NCBI GenBank assembly: GCA_964344575.1
Contig: CAYFOA010000020.1
Location: forward strand, 691 to 64,690
Length of the DNA: 64,000 nt
DNA from: an uncultured Rickettsiales bacterium
GTDB lineage: Bacteria > Myxococcota_A > UBA796 > UBA9615
Reading direction: 5' to 3'
Shown here: piece by piece, positions 45,738 through 54,399 of the stretch
Layout of the letters: the number at the start of each line of letters is the position of its first letter
Position numbering within the stretch: the stretch's first letter is position 1
Program-made: the position numbers and the translations under genes
Notes under the pieces: model-generated
Told to the model about the DNA's origin: nothing
The model's input: the letters and a program-made list of their open reading frames with translations, nothing else
The model's database searches: none

Positions 45738-46301
45738 GTGCGCCGCCGCGTCGCCTTCGTCCATTACGCGATCACCGACCGCGCCGCCGGCGATGTCGTC
45801 CCGCGCCTGGGCGAGTTCGCCCCCGGCACCCTCGCCGTCCAGCTCCGCGACAAGGCTCTCCCCCCGGACGAGCGCGCACGGGAGGCGGAGCGGCTGCGGG
45901 AGGCCACCGCGGCGGCCGGACACCTGCTGCTGATCGGGGGGGGGGACGAGGCGCTGGCCCGCGCCGTCGGCGCCGACGGCGTCCACGTCCCCGCCGCGGC
46001 GCCGCCCCCCGACGCGCCGGACCTCCTCGTCGGTCGGAGCTGCCACGACGCCGTCGAGCTGGCCGCCGCCCGCGACGCCGCCGTCGACTTCGTCACCCTG
46101 TCGCCCGTCCTCGCCTCCCCCGGCAAGGGCGCGCCCCTCGGCTGGGACCGGTTCGAGGAGCTCGCTGCCGCCTTCCCCGGTCCCGTCTTCGCCCTCGGCG
46201 GCGTCGGCCCCGCGGACCTCGACGAGGCCCGCCGCCGCGGCGCCGGGGGCGTCGCGGGGATCCGCGCCTACGCGAGGGGCGGCGACCTCACTCGGACATG
46301 A
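45738..46301 (+). CDS. Thiamine phosphate synthase / TenI-like TIM barrel
   Basis: VQLRDK, GADGVH, GRSCH, ALGG, GVAGI. Lacks the usual ND motif, so thiE versus tenI is unresolved. Confidence 0.8.
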   Translation: MRRRVAFVHYAITDRAAGDVVPRLGEFAPGTLAVQLRDKALPPDERAREAERLREATAAAGHLLLIGGGDEALARAVGADGVHVPAAAPPPDAPDLLVGRSCHDAVELAAARDAAVDFVTLSPVLASPGKGAPLGWDRFEELAAAFPGPVFALGGVGPADLDEARRRGAGGVAGIRAYARGGDLTRT

Positions 46302-48540
46302 CGCGGCCGAGGAGGGCGCGGACCGGCTGGTAGTGCTTGACCATGATGACGGTCCGCTCGGCGTTGCGGGCGACCTCCTCGGGCACGCTCCCCAGCAGCA
46401 CCACGCGGCCGAAGCCCTGGCCGGTCGCGCCGAGCACGATGGCGTCGTGGTCGAGCGAGGCATCGAGGATGCCGCCGCTGACGGAGCGGTGCCGGATGAC
46501 GCGCGCCTCCACGGGCACCGGCGGCGCCTCGCCGGCCGGCGCCTCCTCCGCCCCGACCCCCCGCAGCCGCCTCGTCTCCTCGGCCAGCCGGTTCTCCTCG
46601 GACTGGATCTTCTCGGGGGGAGCGGTCTCGGGGACGACCGCGGCGATCGTGATCGATCCTCCCCGCGCCCGGGCGATGCCGCCGGCGTACCGCTCGATCC
46701 GGACGTCGTGGGCGCTGCCCCGGGTCGACAGGAGCAGCCGCTCGGGGGGGGCGTCGCCGACGAACCGGACGAGGATGACGTCGCAGCGGGCGAGGCGGAG
46801 CACGTCGTCGGTGACCTCGCCGAGGATGCGGCGGGCCGTCGACGTGTAGCCCTTCCAGCCGAGGAGGACGACGTCGCAGCTCCGCTCCGCGGCGGTCTCC
46901 AGGATCGCGCGGCTGGCGCTGTGCCCGATCCGCACCAGGGTCGTGACGCCCACGCCCCGCGCCAGCGCGACCTGGCGCGCCCGCTCGAGCAGGGGCGCCT
47001 CCCGCTCCAGGGACTGGTCCTCCATCGTCGGCGGGAGCTGTTCGGGCACCTCGACGACGCGCAGCACGACGATCTGGCCGTCCCGCTCGTGGGCGATGTC
47101 CGCGGCGAGCTCGATGAGCCGATCGACCGTCGCGGGGTTGGCGATCGGCACGAGCACCCGGAACCCGGCGGCGGGGGCCGACGACCGCTCCAGCGCGATG
47201 CGGGACGGCGCGCCCGGGAGGACCTCGCCGACGTCCTGCCGGCCCTTCCACGCGAGGAAGCCGACCAGCCCCACGAAGACCGCCCCGACGGCGAGCAGGA
47301 GCGGCCGGACGTGGCTGATCTGCGTCAGCAGGTAGAGGTTGGCGACGACCCCGAGGGCCGGCAGCAGGGGGACGAAGGGGACGCGGAAGGGGCGCTCCAG
47401 CGCCGGGTACATGCGGCGGTGGAGGATCAGGGCGACGTTGACGAGGATCAGGACCGTCAGGAGCACGACGTCGGCGAAGTGTGCGAGCTCCTCCAGGGGC
47501 AGGCTGATCGCGAACGTCCCGATCGCGCCGCTGACGAGCAGCACGGCGATCACCGGCGTCCGCGTGTCGGCGTTGATCGCGCCGACCTCCTCGGGGAGGT
47601 GGCCCAGCCGGCTCATCGACAGGGCGACGCGGGATCCGGCCATGATCGACGCGTTCGACGCGGAGATCATGGAGAAGAGCGCCCCGGCGACGATCACGGT
47701 GCCGCCGATGGGGCCGAGGAACAGGTTGGCCGCCTCGCCCATGGCGGCCTCGTCGTACTCGGTCAGGTTCGCGGCCACCACGACGAGCACGACCAGCGAG
47801 TACAGGAGCGTCACGACGCCCATCGAGATGAAGATGGCGCGCGGGATCGTCCGGGTGGGATCCCGGACCTCGCCGGCCGTCGCGGCGATGGCCGAGAACC
47901 CGAAGAACGTGATGAACACGAGCGCCGCCGTGCTCCCGATCATCAGGTAGTCCTGGCTGAAGCGGGCGACGACCTCCGCCCCGTCGACGTGCCCGAGGCC
48001 GCCGAGGACGAACCACAGGAGCAGCACGACCTTGCCCAGCGTCACGACGATCTGGAAGCTCCCGCTCTCCTTCGTCCCCTTGACGTTGAGCAACGCGAGC
48101 GCGACGAGCCCCACGATGCCGGCCCCCCACTCGACCGGCGGGTGCCAGATGAACTCGTTGAAGTAGCTCGACAGGCTGGCGATGTAGAACCCGCAGGACG
48201 AGCAGTAGCCGAGCAGCAGGCACCAGCCGACGAGGTACGCGACGGGCGGCGAGAACGTCCGGCGCGCGTACAGGTAGCCCTCCCCCGACTCCGGGTAGAT
48301 CGAGGCGAACTCGCAGTAGGTCAGCGCGGTGAAGGTGGCGACCAGCGCGGCGAGCAGGAAGGAGACGATGGCGGCGGAGCCGACGTAGCCGACGGCGAGG
48401 CCCGAGAGCGTGAAGATGCCCGCGGCGACCATGGTCCCGATGCCGATCGCGAGGACCGACACGAGCCCGAGATCCCGCGACAGCTCGGCCTGGATGGCGC
48501 CCGACTCCGGCGCGGGGTCGGGCCGCAGGGACTCCGTCAT
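46288..48540 (-). CDS. APC-family amino acid permease fused to two universal stress protein domains
   Basis: GIGTMVAAGIF, YPESGEGY, FFGFSAIA..AGEV..P; then VLVPIANP, ILET..ERSCDVVLLGW, IVLGATG...GSVPE. Confidence 0.9.
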   Translation of the reverse strand: MTESLRPDPAPESGAIQAELSRDLGLVSVLAIGIGTMVAAGIFTLSGLAVGYVGSAAIVSFLLAALVATFTALTYCEFASIYPESGEGYLYARRTFSPPVAYLVGWCLLLGYCSSCGFYIASLSSYFNEFIWHPPVEWGAGIVGLVALALLNVKGTKESGSFQIVVTLGKVVLLLWFVLGGLGHVDGAEVVARFSQDYLMIGSTAALVFITFFGFSAIAATAGEVRDPTRTIPRAIFISMGVVTLLYSLVVLVVVAANLTEYDEAAMGEAANLFLGPIGGTVIVAGALFSMISASNASIMAGSRVALSMSRLGHLPEEVGAINADTRTPVIAVLLVSGAIGTFAISLPLEELAHFADVVLLTVLILVNVALILHRRMYPALERPFRVPFVPLLPALGVVANLYLLTQISHVRPLLLAVGAVFVGLVGFLAWKGRQDVGEVLPGAPSRIALERSSAPAAGFRVLVPIANPATVDRLIELAADIAHERDGQIVVLRVVEVPEQLPPTMEDQSLEREAPLLERARQVALARGVGVTTLVRIGHSASRAILETAAERSCDVVLLGWKGYTSTARRILGEVTDDVLRLARCDVILVRFVGDAPPERLLLSTRGSAHDVRIERYAGGIARARGGSITIAAVVPETAPPEKIQSEENRLAEETRRLRGVGAEEAPAGEAPPVPVEARVIRHRSVSGGILDASLDHDAIVLGATGQGFGRVVLLGSVPEEVARNAERTVIMVKHYQPVRALLGRVMSE

Positions 48541-49436
48541 CGCGTCCTCGCCCGTGGTCCGCGCTCAGCATAGGCGCAGTCGTCCCGGCCGAGGTCCCGG
48601 AGGACGAGGCCGCTCCGGATCTCCGAGGCCAGCTCGTCGTCGGGCGCCAGGCCCCGGCTCAGCGCCTCCCGGTACAGCTCGTCGGCCTCCACCGGGCACC
48701 CGCGCCGGAGGTGGATCGCCGCCAGCGACGGCGCGACATGGACCAGGCGCGGCTCCTCGACGCGCACCCCCTCCAGCAGCGCCCGCGCCCCCTCCTCGTC
48801 CTGCATCGCGAGCAGCGCCTTGCCCAGCGCCGCCCGGATCTCCAGGTCGTCCGGAGCCAGCCGGTGCGCGATCTCCAGGTGCCGGTGCGCGTGCACGTAG
48901 AGCTTCAGCTCGAGGTACTGGTTCCCCAGCAGCCGCCGCATCAGCGCCGATCGGGGCGCCTTGGCGACGCCGTCCTCGTACCGCTGCACGGCCGCGAACA
49001 CGTCCCCCTTCGCGTACGACAGGTAGACCAACCCCGCCACCGCCCACGCGTTGGTGGGGTCCAGCTCGACCGCCCGGTCGAGCGCCCGCCGCGCCTCCTG
49101 CTCCTGCGAGATCACCGCCCGCCCGTACAGGTACCAGGCCAGCGAGTCCTCGCCGGCGGCCTCGGCGGCCTCCCGGTAGCGGGCCGTGAACGCATCCCCG
49201 TCCATCGATCCCCGGAGCGCGTCCTGGTGGCCCCGGTGCGCCATCGGCGACCTCGGGTGCTCGGCGATCAGCGCCGCGAACGCCGCCTCCGGATCGTCGG
49301 CCTCGGCGGCGTCGAGGATGAGGGGGAGCGCCACGGTCTCGGCGTCGGTGTTGGCGCCCGGCTCGGCGGAGAAGACCCCGCAGCCGCTCAGGGCGACCGC
49401 GATCGCTACCAGACGTAGGTGGCTTCGTCGTAGCAC
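48537..49436 (-). CDS. TPR lipoprotein
   Basis: Likely GTG 49436; lipobox ALSGC; AWYLYG..., A.ELDP.NAWA, LGNQY, LGKAL TPR motifs. Confidence 0.75.
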   Translation of the reverse strand: MLRRSHLRLVAIAVALSGCGVFSAEPGANTDAETVALPLILDAAEADDPEAAFAALIAEHPRSPMAHRGHQDALRGSMDGDAFTARYREAAEAAGEDSLAWYLYGRAVISQEQEARRALDRAVELDPTNAWAVAGLVYLSYAKGDVFAAVQRYEDGVAKAPRSALMRRLLGNQYLELKLYVHAHRHLEIAHRLAPDDLEIRAALGKALLAMQDEEGARALLEGVRVEEPRLVHVAPSLAAIHLRRGCPVEADELYREALSRGLAPDDELASEIRSGLVLRDLGRDDCAYAERGPRARTR

Positions 49437-49705
49437 GCGACCCCGCCGCGCAGCTCGTCGCAGGAGCTGTTGGCCACGCACCGGACCCCGGCCCGCGACT
49501 GCTCCTTCTGCCAGTCGTCCTCGTAGTGGTCGAGGTACGCCTGGCAGCCCGACGTGCAGTCCTCGATGCCCCAGTCGGTCCGCTCCACGCCGCAGTCGTC
49601 GAGCAGGTGACGGCAGGCGTTGCGGCAGTCCGGCTCGCACCCGGACAGCAGCAGCAGGACGGCGGACAGCGCCGCGGCGCGGGCTACCAGCGGAAGTACG
49701 GACAC
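49406..49705 (-). CDS. Small Cys-rich lipoprotein
   Basis: GTG 49705; lipobox LSGC; C-x3-C...C...C-x3-C...C...C...C. Confidence 0.7.
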   Translation of the reverse strand: MSVLPLVARAAALSAVLLLLSGCEPDCRNACRHLLDDCGVERTDWGIEDCTSGCQAYLDHYEDDWQKEQSRAGVRCVANSSCDELRGGVACYDEATYVW

Positions 49706-50049
49706 TGGTGCTGGAGATCCTCGCAGGTGGCGTTGAACGCCTCCTCGCTGTAGTCCTGCTCGGCGACGCAGTTGATGAACGCGAGCGCGTCGCTCTGCCC
49801 CTCCATCCCGTAGCGGTTGCCGTCGTCCAGGTCGCTCCGCTCCTCGGTGGTCGTGTACAGCGCCGTCGAGCACTGGGTCACGCAGTCGCTGATCGCCTTG
49901 TCCTGGTCGGTCGTCGTGGGGTTGACGGGCGGCTGGTTGCAGCCGTCCGCGCCGTAGAACTGGCTGCAGGCCCCCTCGCAGGTGTAGGTCTCGCACCCCA
50001 CGAGGAGCGTGGCCGCGGCGAAGAGGAGGACGAGGGGGAGCCGACGCAT
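49684..50049 (-). CDS. Small Cys-rich lipoprotein (similar Cys layout to neighbour)
   Basis: MRRLPLVLLFAAATLLVGC; same Cys layout as 49406-49705. Confidence 0.8.
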   Translation of the reverse strand: MRRLPLVLLFAAATLLVGCETYTCEGACSQFYGADGCNQPPVNPTTTDQDKAISDCVTQCSTALYTTTEERSDLDDGNRYGMEGQSDALAFINCVAEQDYSEEAFNATCEDLQHQCPYFRW

Positions 50050-50067
50050 CGCGGGGGATGATACGTC

Positions 50068-51246
50068 CTAGGCGCGATCGCGCAAGGCGGCGCGGTACAC
50101 GGCTTCGGTCTGGGCGGCGATCGTGGGCCACGCGAAGTGCTTCTCGATGAACGCCTTCCCCCGCGCCACCATCCGGCCCCGGCGGCCCTCGTCGCCGAGG
50201 AGCTCGTGGACCTTCCGCGCCAGCCCCGCGTGGTCCCCGTACCGGACCAGCACCCCGGCCCGGGCCTGGGCCACGAGCTGACCGCAGCCGCAGTCGTCGC
50301 TGACCACCGCGGGCGTCCCGCAGAGCAGCCCCTCGAAGGGGACGAGGCCGAAGATCTCGTCCGTCGAGGGGTAGACGAGGAGGTCCGCGTCGGCCAGCGC
50401 GGCGAGCCGCTCCGGCCCGGTCAGCAGCCCCGTGAAGAGCACCCGGTCCCCCAGCTCCAGCTCCGTCGCCTGCGCCTCCAGCGCCTCCCGGACCCCCATG
50501 TCGTTCCCCGCCACCACGAGGACCACGTCCTGGGGCAGCCGGGCCGCCGCGGCGAGGAGGTGGTCGACCCCCTTCCGGGGCGTCAGCTTCCCCAGGTACA
50601 GCACGATGGGCCGGTCCCGGAGGCCCCGCGCGGCCCGGAACGTCCCCCGCTCCGGCAGCTCCTCGAACTCCCCCAGCTCCAGCCCGTTGTAGACGAGGTG
50701 GACGTCCTCCGACGCCACCCCGGCGCGGGCGAACTGGTTGAGCTCGGCCCGGCTGACGGCGATCCAGCGGTCCACCGCGTCCATCACCGGCCGGCCGAAC
50801 ACCGCGTGCCAGACCTCCTTCGCCTTCTGCTTCCGCTCCAGCGGCAGGAGCGTCCCGTTCGGCGTCATCACGACGGGGAGATCGCGGCGCCGCGCCTCGG
50901 CCACGGCGGCGTTGTTGAGGAGGTGCCAGAAGCCGTGGAGGTGGACGACGTCCGCGTCCGCCAGCGCCTCGGCGACCGCCTTCTTGAGCCCGAGGGGGAG
51001 GAAGAGCTGCTGGTCGTAGGCGAGCCGGTTGGACGCGTTCCGGAGGCGGTGGACGGCGACCCCGTGGACGTCGTGCCGGCCCGCAGGCAGGCGCGACGTC
51101 CGGTCCCCCGCGTCGGTCGTCACCACCGTCACCCGGTGGTCCCGCTCCTGCAGCGCCCGGGCCAGCCCGTACGCCAGCCGGGGGATGCCGCCGTACGCCC
51201 ACGCCGGGTAGAAGTAGGGCACGACGTGGACCACGTGGAGCGACAC
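50068..51246 (-). CDS. Glycosyltransferase family 4
   Basis: VVHVVPYFYPAWAYGG, VHLHG, YLGKLTPRKG, EIFGLVPFEGLLCGTP. Confidence 0.92.
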   Translation of the reverse strand: MSLHVVHVVPYFYPAWAYGGIPRLAYGLARALQERDHRVTVVTTDAGDRTSRLPAGRHDVHGVAVHRLRNASNRLAYDQQLFLPLGLKKAVAEALADADVVHLHGFWHLLNNAAVAEARRRDLPVVMTPNGTLLPLERKQKAKEVWHAVFGRPVMDAVDRWIAVSRAELNQFARAGVASEDVHLVYNGLELGEFEELPERGTFRAARGLRDRPIVLYLGKLTPRKGVDHLLAAAARLPQDVVLVVAGNDMGVREALEAQATELELGDRVLFTGLLTGPERLAALADADLLVYPSTDEIFGLVPFEGLLCGTPAVVSDDCGCGQLVAQARAGVLVRYGDHAGLARKVHELLGDEGRRGRMVARGKAFIEKHFAWPTIAAQTEAVYRAALRDRA

Positions 51247-51269
51247 GGCGTCGCAGGATAGCCGCGGAT

Positions 51270-51297
51270 TTGACACCGTGGGGCCGAGCGGCAACCT
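51270..51297 (+). promoter_or_regulatory. Possible sigma70 promoter for the GT2 operon
   Basis: Perfect TTGACA at 51270-51275, 16-nt spacer, weak -10 CAACCT at 51292-51297. Confidence 0.35.
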
Positions 51298-51327
51298 TGT
51301 CCTCGGACCCTACGGGTCCGCCCCGTC

Positions 51328-52101
51328 ATGCCCGCCCCGACGCCCCAGCACGCCCCCCGGAAGGACGCCGCGCCGCGCCGCCTGCGCCTCGTCGGGGAGC
51401 GGACCGTCGTCCTCATCCCGTGCCTCGACGAGGCCCCCCGCATCGCCGGGCTCGTCCACCGCCTCCGCGAGCTGTACCCCGAGGCGGACGTCCTCGTGGT
51501 CGACGACGGCAGCTCCGACGGGACCGGGGACGTAGCCGAGGAGGCGGGCGCCGGCGTCCTCCGCCACCCCTACAACCTCGGCTACGGCGCGGCCCTGCAG
51601 ACCGGCTACAAGTACGCGCTGGAGCAGGGCTACGAGCGGCTCGTCCAGATGGACGGCGACGGGCAGCACCCCCCCGAGGAGCTCGCCACGCTGCTGCGGG
51701 CGCTGGACGACCCGGAGACCAACCTCGTCGTCGGCTCCCGCTTCCTGGGCCGGGCGGACTACCGGATCCCGCCGCTGAGGCTGGTCGGCATCCGGCTCTT
51801 CGGGCGGCTGACGGGGTGGCTGGTGCGGACCCGCGTGACCGACCCCACCTCCGGCCTCCAGGCGATGGACCGCGACGTCCTCCGCTTCTACCAGCAGGAC
51901 TTCTACCCCTGGGACTACCCCGACGCCGACATGCTCCTCCGCGTCCACTACGCCGGGTTCCGCTTCCGCGAGGTCCCCGTGACCATGCTCGGCGGCCCCC
52001 CGGGGAAGTCGATGCACCGCGGGATGAGGCCGCTGTACTACGTCTACAAGCTGCTGCTGTCGCTCGCCCTGACCGCCCTGTCCGGCCCGGAGGACGTCTG
52101 A
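51328..52101 (+). CDS. GT2 polyprenol-phosphate glycosyltransferase (DPM1/ArnC-like)
   Basis: VLIPCLDE, VVDDGSSDGT, HPYNLGYGAAL, QMDGDGQH, VVGSRF, TDPTSG. Confidence 0.92.
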   Translation: MPAPTPQHAPRKDAAPRRLRLVGERTVVLIPCLDEAPRIAGLVHRLRELYPEADVLVVDDGSSDGTGDVAEEAGAGVLRHPYNLGYGAALQTGYKYALEQGYERLVQMDGDGQHPPEELATLLRALDDPETNLVVGSRFLGRADYRIPPLRLVGIRLFGRLTGWLVRTRVTDPTSGLQAMDRDVLRFYQQDFYPWDYPDADMLLRVHYAGFRFREVPVTMLGGPPGKSMHRGMRPLYYVYKLLLSLALTALSGPEDV

Positions 52102-52463
52102 AGGTCCTCCCGCTGGTCGCGTCGATCGCGCTGGCGCTGGCCGTCATCGAGCTCGTCCGGCGACGTCGCCTCCGCGAGGAGTTTTCCTGGCTGTGGGTCC
52201 TCGGCGCGGGCGGCGCGCTGATCCTGTCGGTCTGGGAGGGCGGCCGGACGGGGCTCGGGTCGCTGCTGGGGACGTCCCCCGAGTCCGCCGTCCTGACGCT
52301 CGCCCTGCTCTTCCTCGTCCTCGTCCTGCTCGACATCTCGACGAAGGTCAGCCGCCTCGCCAACCAGCAGAAGAACCTGGCCCAGGGGCTCGCCCGGCTG
52401 GAGAAGCGGCTCGGCGATCTCGAGGCCGAGACCGCCGCCGCGAACGCCGACGACGATGGCTGA
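52098..52463 (+). CDS. DUF2304-like small membrane protein
   Basis: ELVRRRRLREEFSWLW...ISTKVSRL...LAQ.LA motif. No in-frame ATG/GTG nearby; CTG 52098 assumed. Confidence 0.75.
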   Translation: MKVLPLVASIALALAVIELVRRRRLREEFSWLWVLGAGGALILSVWEGGRTGLGSLLGTSPESAVLTLALLFLVLVLLDISTKVSRLANQQKNLAQGLARLEKRLGDLEAETAAANADDDG

Positions 52464-54399
52464 CGCGACCTTCCGGAAGCGCCTCCTGGCCGGGTCGCTC
52501 GTCGCCGTGGGGGCGCTCTTCCTGCCCTTCCTGGGGGTCCCCTGGGAGTACGACGACAAGGTCGAGATCGTCCTCAACCGCGTCCTCCGGCACCCCGGCG
52601 ACGTCGGCGAGATGGTCGCCTACAACCCCTTCCGGGTGCTCCTCCTGTACACGTTCGCGGGGGACCTCTGGGCGTGGGGGATCGACCGGCCCGGGGGCTT
52701 CCGGTTCGTCAACGTCGTCATCCACGGCGTCAACGTCGCGCTGGTGTTGTCGCTGCTCGACCGGCTGGGGCGGGACGCCCGGGACCCGCGGCTGTTCGTG
52801 GCCGCGGGGACGATCCTCTTCGCCGTCCACCCCCTCGCGATCGAGTCGGTCACCTACGTGTCGGGGCGCTCCTCCAGCCTCGCGACGACGTTCGTGCTGG
52901 CCTCGGTCCGGGCCTACGTCGGCTACCTCGAGACGGTGCGGCGGTCCGAGGCGACGACGGCGTGGGAGGCGTCGTGGTGGCGGCGGGCGAACCTCGCCGT
53001 GGGGGGCGTCGTCGGCGCCGGGGTCGTCGCCGGGATCCCGGCCGCGGCGCTGGCGTCCGCGGGCGTCGTCGAGCCGGGGCGGGCGACGACGCTGGCGCTG
53101 GGCGGGGCGGGGGTCCTCCTCGTCGTCGCGGCGGCCGCGCTGGCCCCCCGGTGGCGGGCCCTGAAGGAGGCCGGGGCGAGCGCGGATCGGGCCGACGTCG
53201 TGCGCGCGGGACGTTTCTACACGGCCGCGTGGGTCGCGTTCGTGCTGGGCTGCCTGACGAAGGAGATCGCGGCGATGGTCCCCGCGGTCCTCTTCGTGCT
53301 CGAGGGGACCGTGGCGCAGCGGTCGTGGGCGGGCGCGGCGCGGGCGCTCCGGGGGCGGCTGTTCCCGTTCTTCGCCATCCCCGCGTTCCTCCTCGCCCTC
53401 CGGACGGCGGCCTACGGGTACGTCGCCTCGCCCACCTGGATCCGCCCCTGGGACGTCAACCTGCTGACCCAGATCGAGGCGGTCGGCCACTACGTCCGGC
53501 TCTGGGTGGTCCCCTACCCGCAGTCCATCTTCCACGACCTGCCCGAGGTCGCCGTCCCCGGCACGCCCCGGACGTGGGTCATCGCCGTCGCGCTCGTCGC
53601 CGCCACCGTCTGGGCGATCCGGCGCCGCGCCGACGCCCCCGCCGTCGCGTTCGGCGTCCTCACCATCGTCGTCACCCTCGCCCCGACGTCGTCGGTCTTC
53701 GCGCTGAAGGAGACGATGGTCGAGCACCGCACCTACCTCCCCAGCGTCGGCTACGCGTTCGTCGTCGCCTGGCTGTTCGGGACGGTGCTGCCGGACCGGC
53801 TCCCGACCCGCGCGACCGCCGCCGCCCTCGGGATCGTCGCCGGCGCCTACGCCGTCCTCCACGTCTCCTACGACCTGCTGTGGCGCTCCGAGGAGGGGCT
53901 GTGGACCCACGCCGTGACGGTCAACCCGGACGCCTCGGACGGGTGGCGGAACCTCGGCGACCTCTTCGCCGGCGAGGGGCGGCTGGACGAGGCGGCGATC
54001 GCGTACGGGGAGGCGATCCGGGCGCGCCCCGCCAACGTCGAGGCGCGCGGCTCGCTGGGCATGACGCAGGGCCGGCTGGGGGCGTGGGACGACGCCGAGG
54101 CGACGCTGCGGGAGACGATCCGCCGCTCCGAGTGCTACACGCCGGCGCTGAACAACCTGGCCCTGCTGCGGTCCAAGCGGGGGGACGAGGTCACCGCCAT
54201 CGACCTGTACGACGCCAGCTTGCGGTGCAAAGCTGAGAACCCGATGGCACACCTCGGGCTCGGACACCTCTACTACGGCGGCGCCGAGCGCGACCGCGCC
54301 AAGGCGGCCGAGCACTACGGCCGGTACCTGGAGCTGGCCGATCCGCTGTCCCGCGACGTCCCCATCGTCAAGGAGCGCATCCTGGAGTTGACCTGGTGA
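52456..54399 (+). CDS. TMTC-like GT-C membrane glycosyltransferase with C-terminal TPRs
   Basis: Loop-1 YDD, FAVHPLAIESVTYVSGRS, VEHRTYLPS, W.SE..LW..A, then TPRs (NLG..., ALNNLA, AHLGLG). Confidence 0.85.
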   Translation: MADATFRKRLLAGSLVAVGALFLPFLGVPWEYDDKVEIVLNRVLRHPGDVGEMVAYNPFRVLLLYTFAGDLWAWGIDRPGGFRFVNVVIHGVNVALVLSLLDRLGRDARDPRLFVAAGTILFAVHPLAIESVTYVSGRSSSLATTFVLASVRAYVGYLETVRRSEATTAWEASWWRRANLAVGGVVGAGVVAGIPAAALASAGVVEPGRATTLALGGAGVLLVVAAAALAPRWRALKEAGASADRADVVRAGRFYTAAWVAFVLGCLTKEIAAMVPAVLFVLEGTVAQRSWAGAARALRGRLFPFFAIPAFLLALRTAAYGYVASPTWIRPWDVNLLTQIEAVGHYVRLWVVPYPQSIFHDLPEVAVPGTPRTWVIAVALVAATVWAIRRRADAPAVAFGVLTIVVTLAPTSSVFALKETMVEHRTYLPSVGYAFVVAWLFGTVLPDRLPTRATAAALGIVAGAYAVLHVSYDLLWRSEEGLWTHAVTVNPDASDGWRNLGDLFAGEGRLDEAAIAYGEAIRARPANVEARGSLGMTQGRLGAWDDAEATLRETIRRSECYTPALNNLALLRSKRGDEVTAIDLYDASLRCKAENPMAHLGLGHLYYGGAERDRAKAAEHYGRYLELADPLSRDVPIVKERILELTW

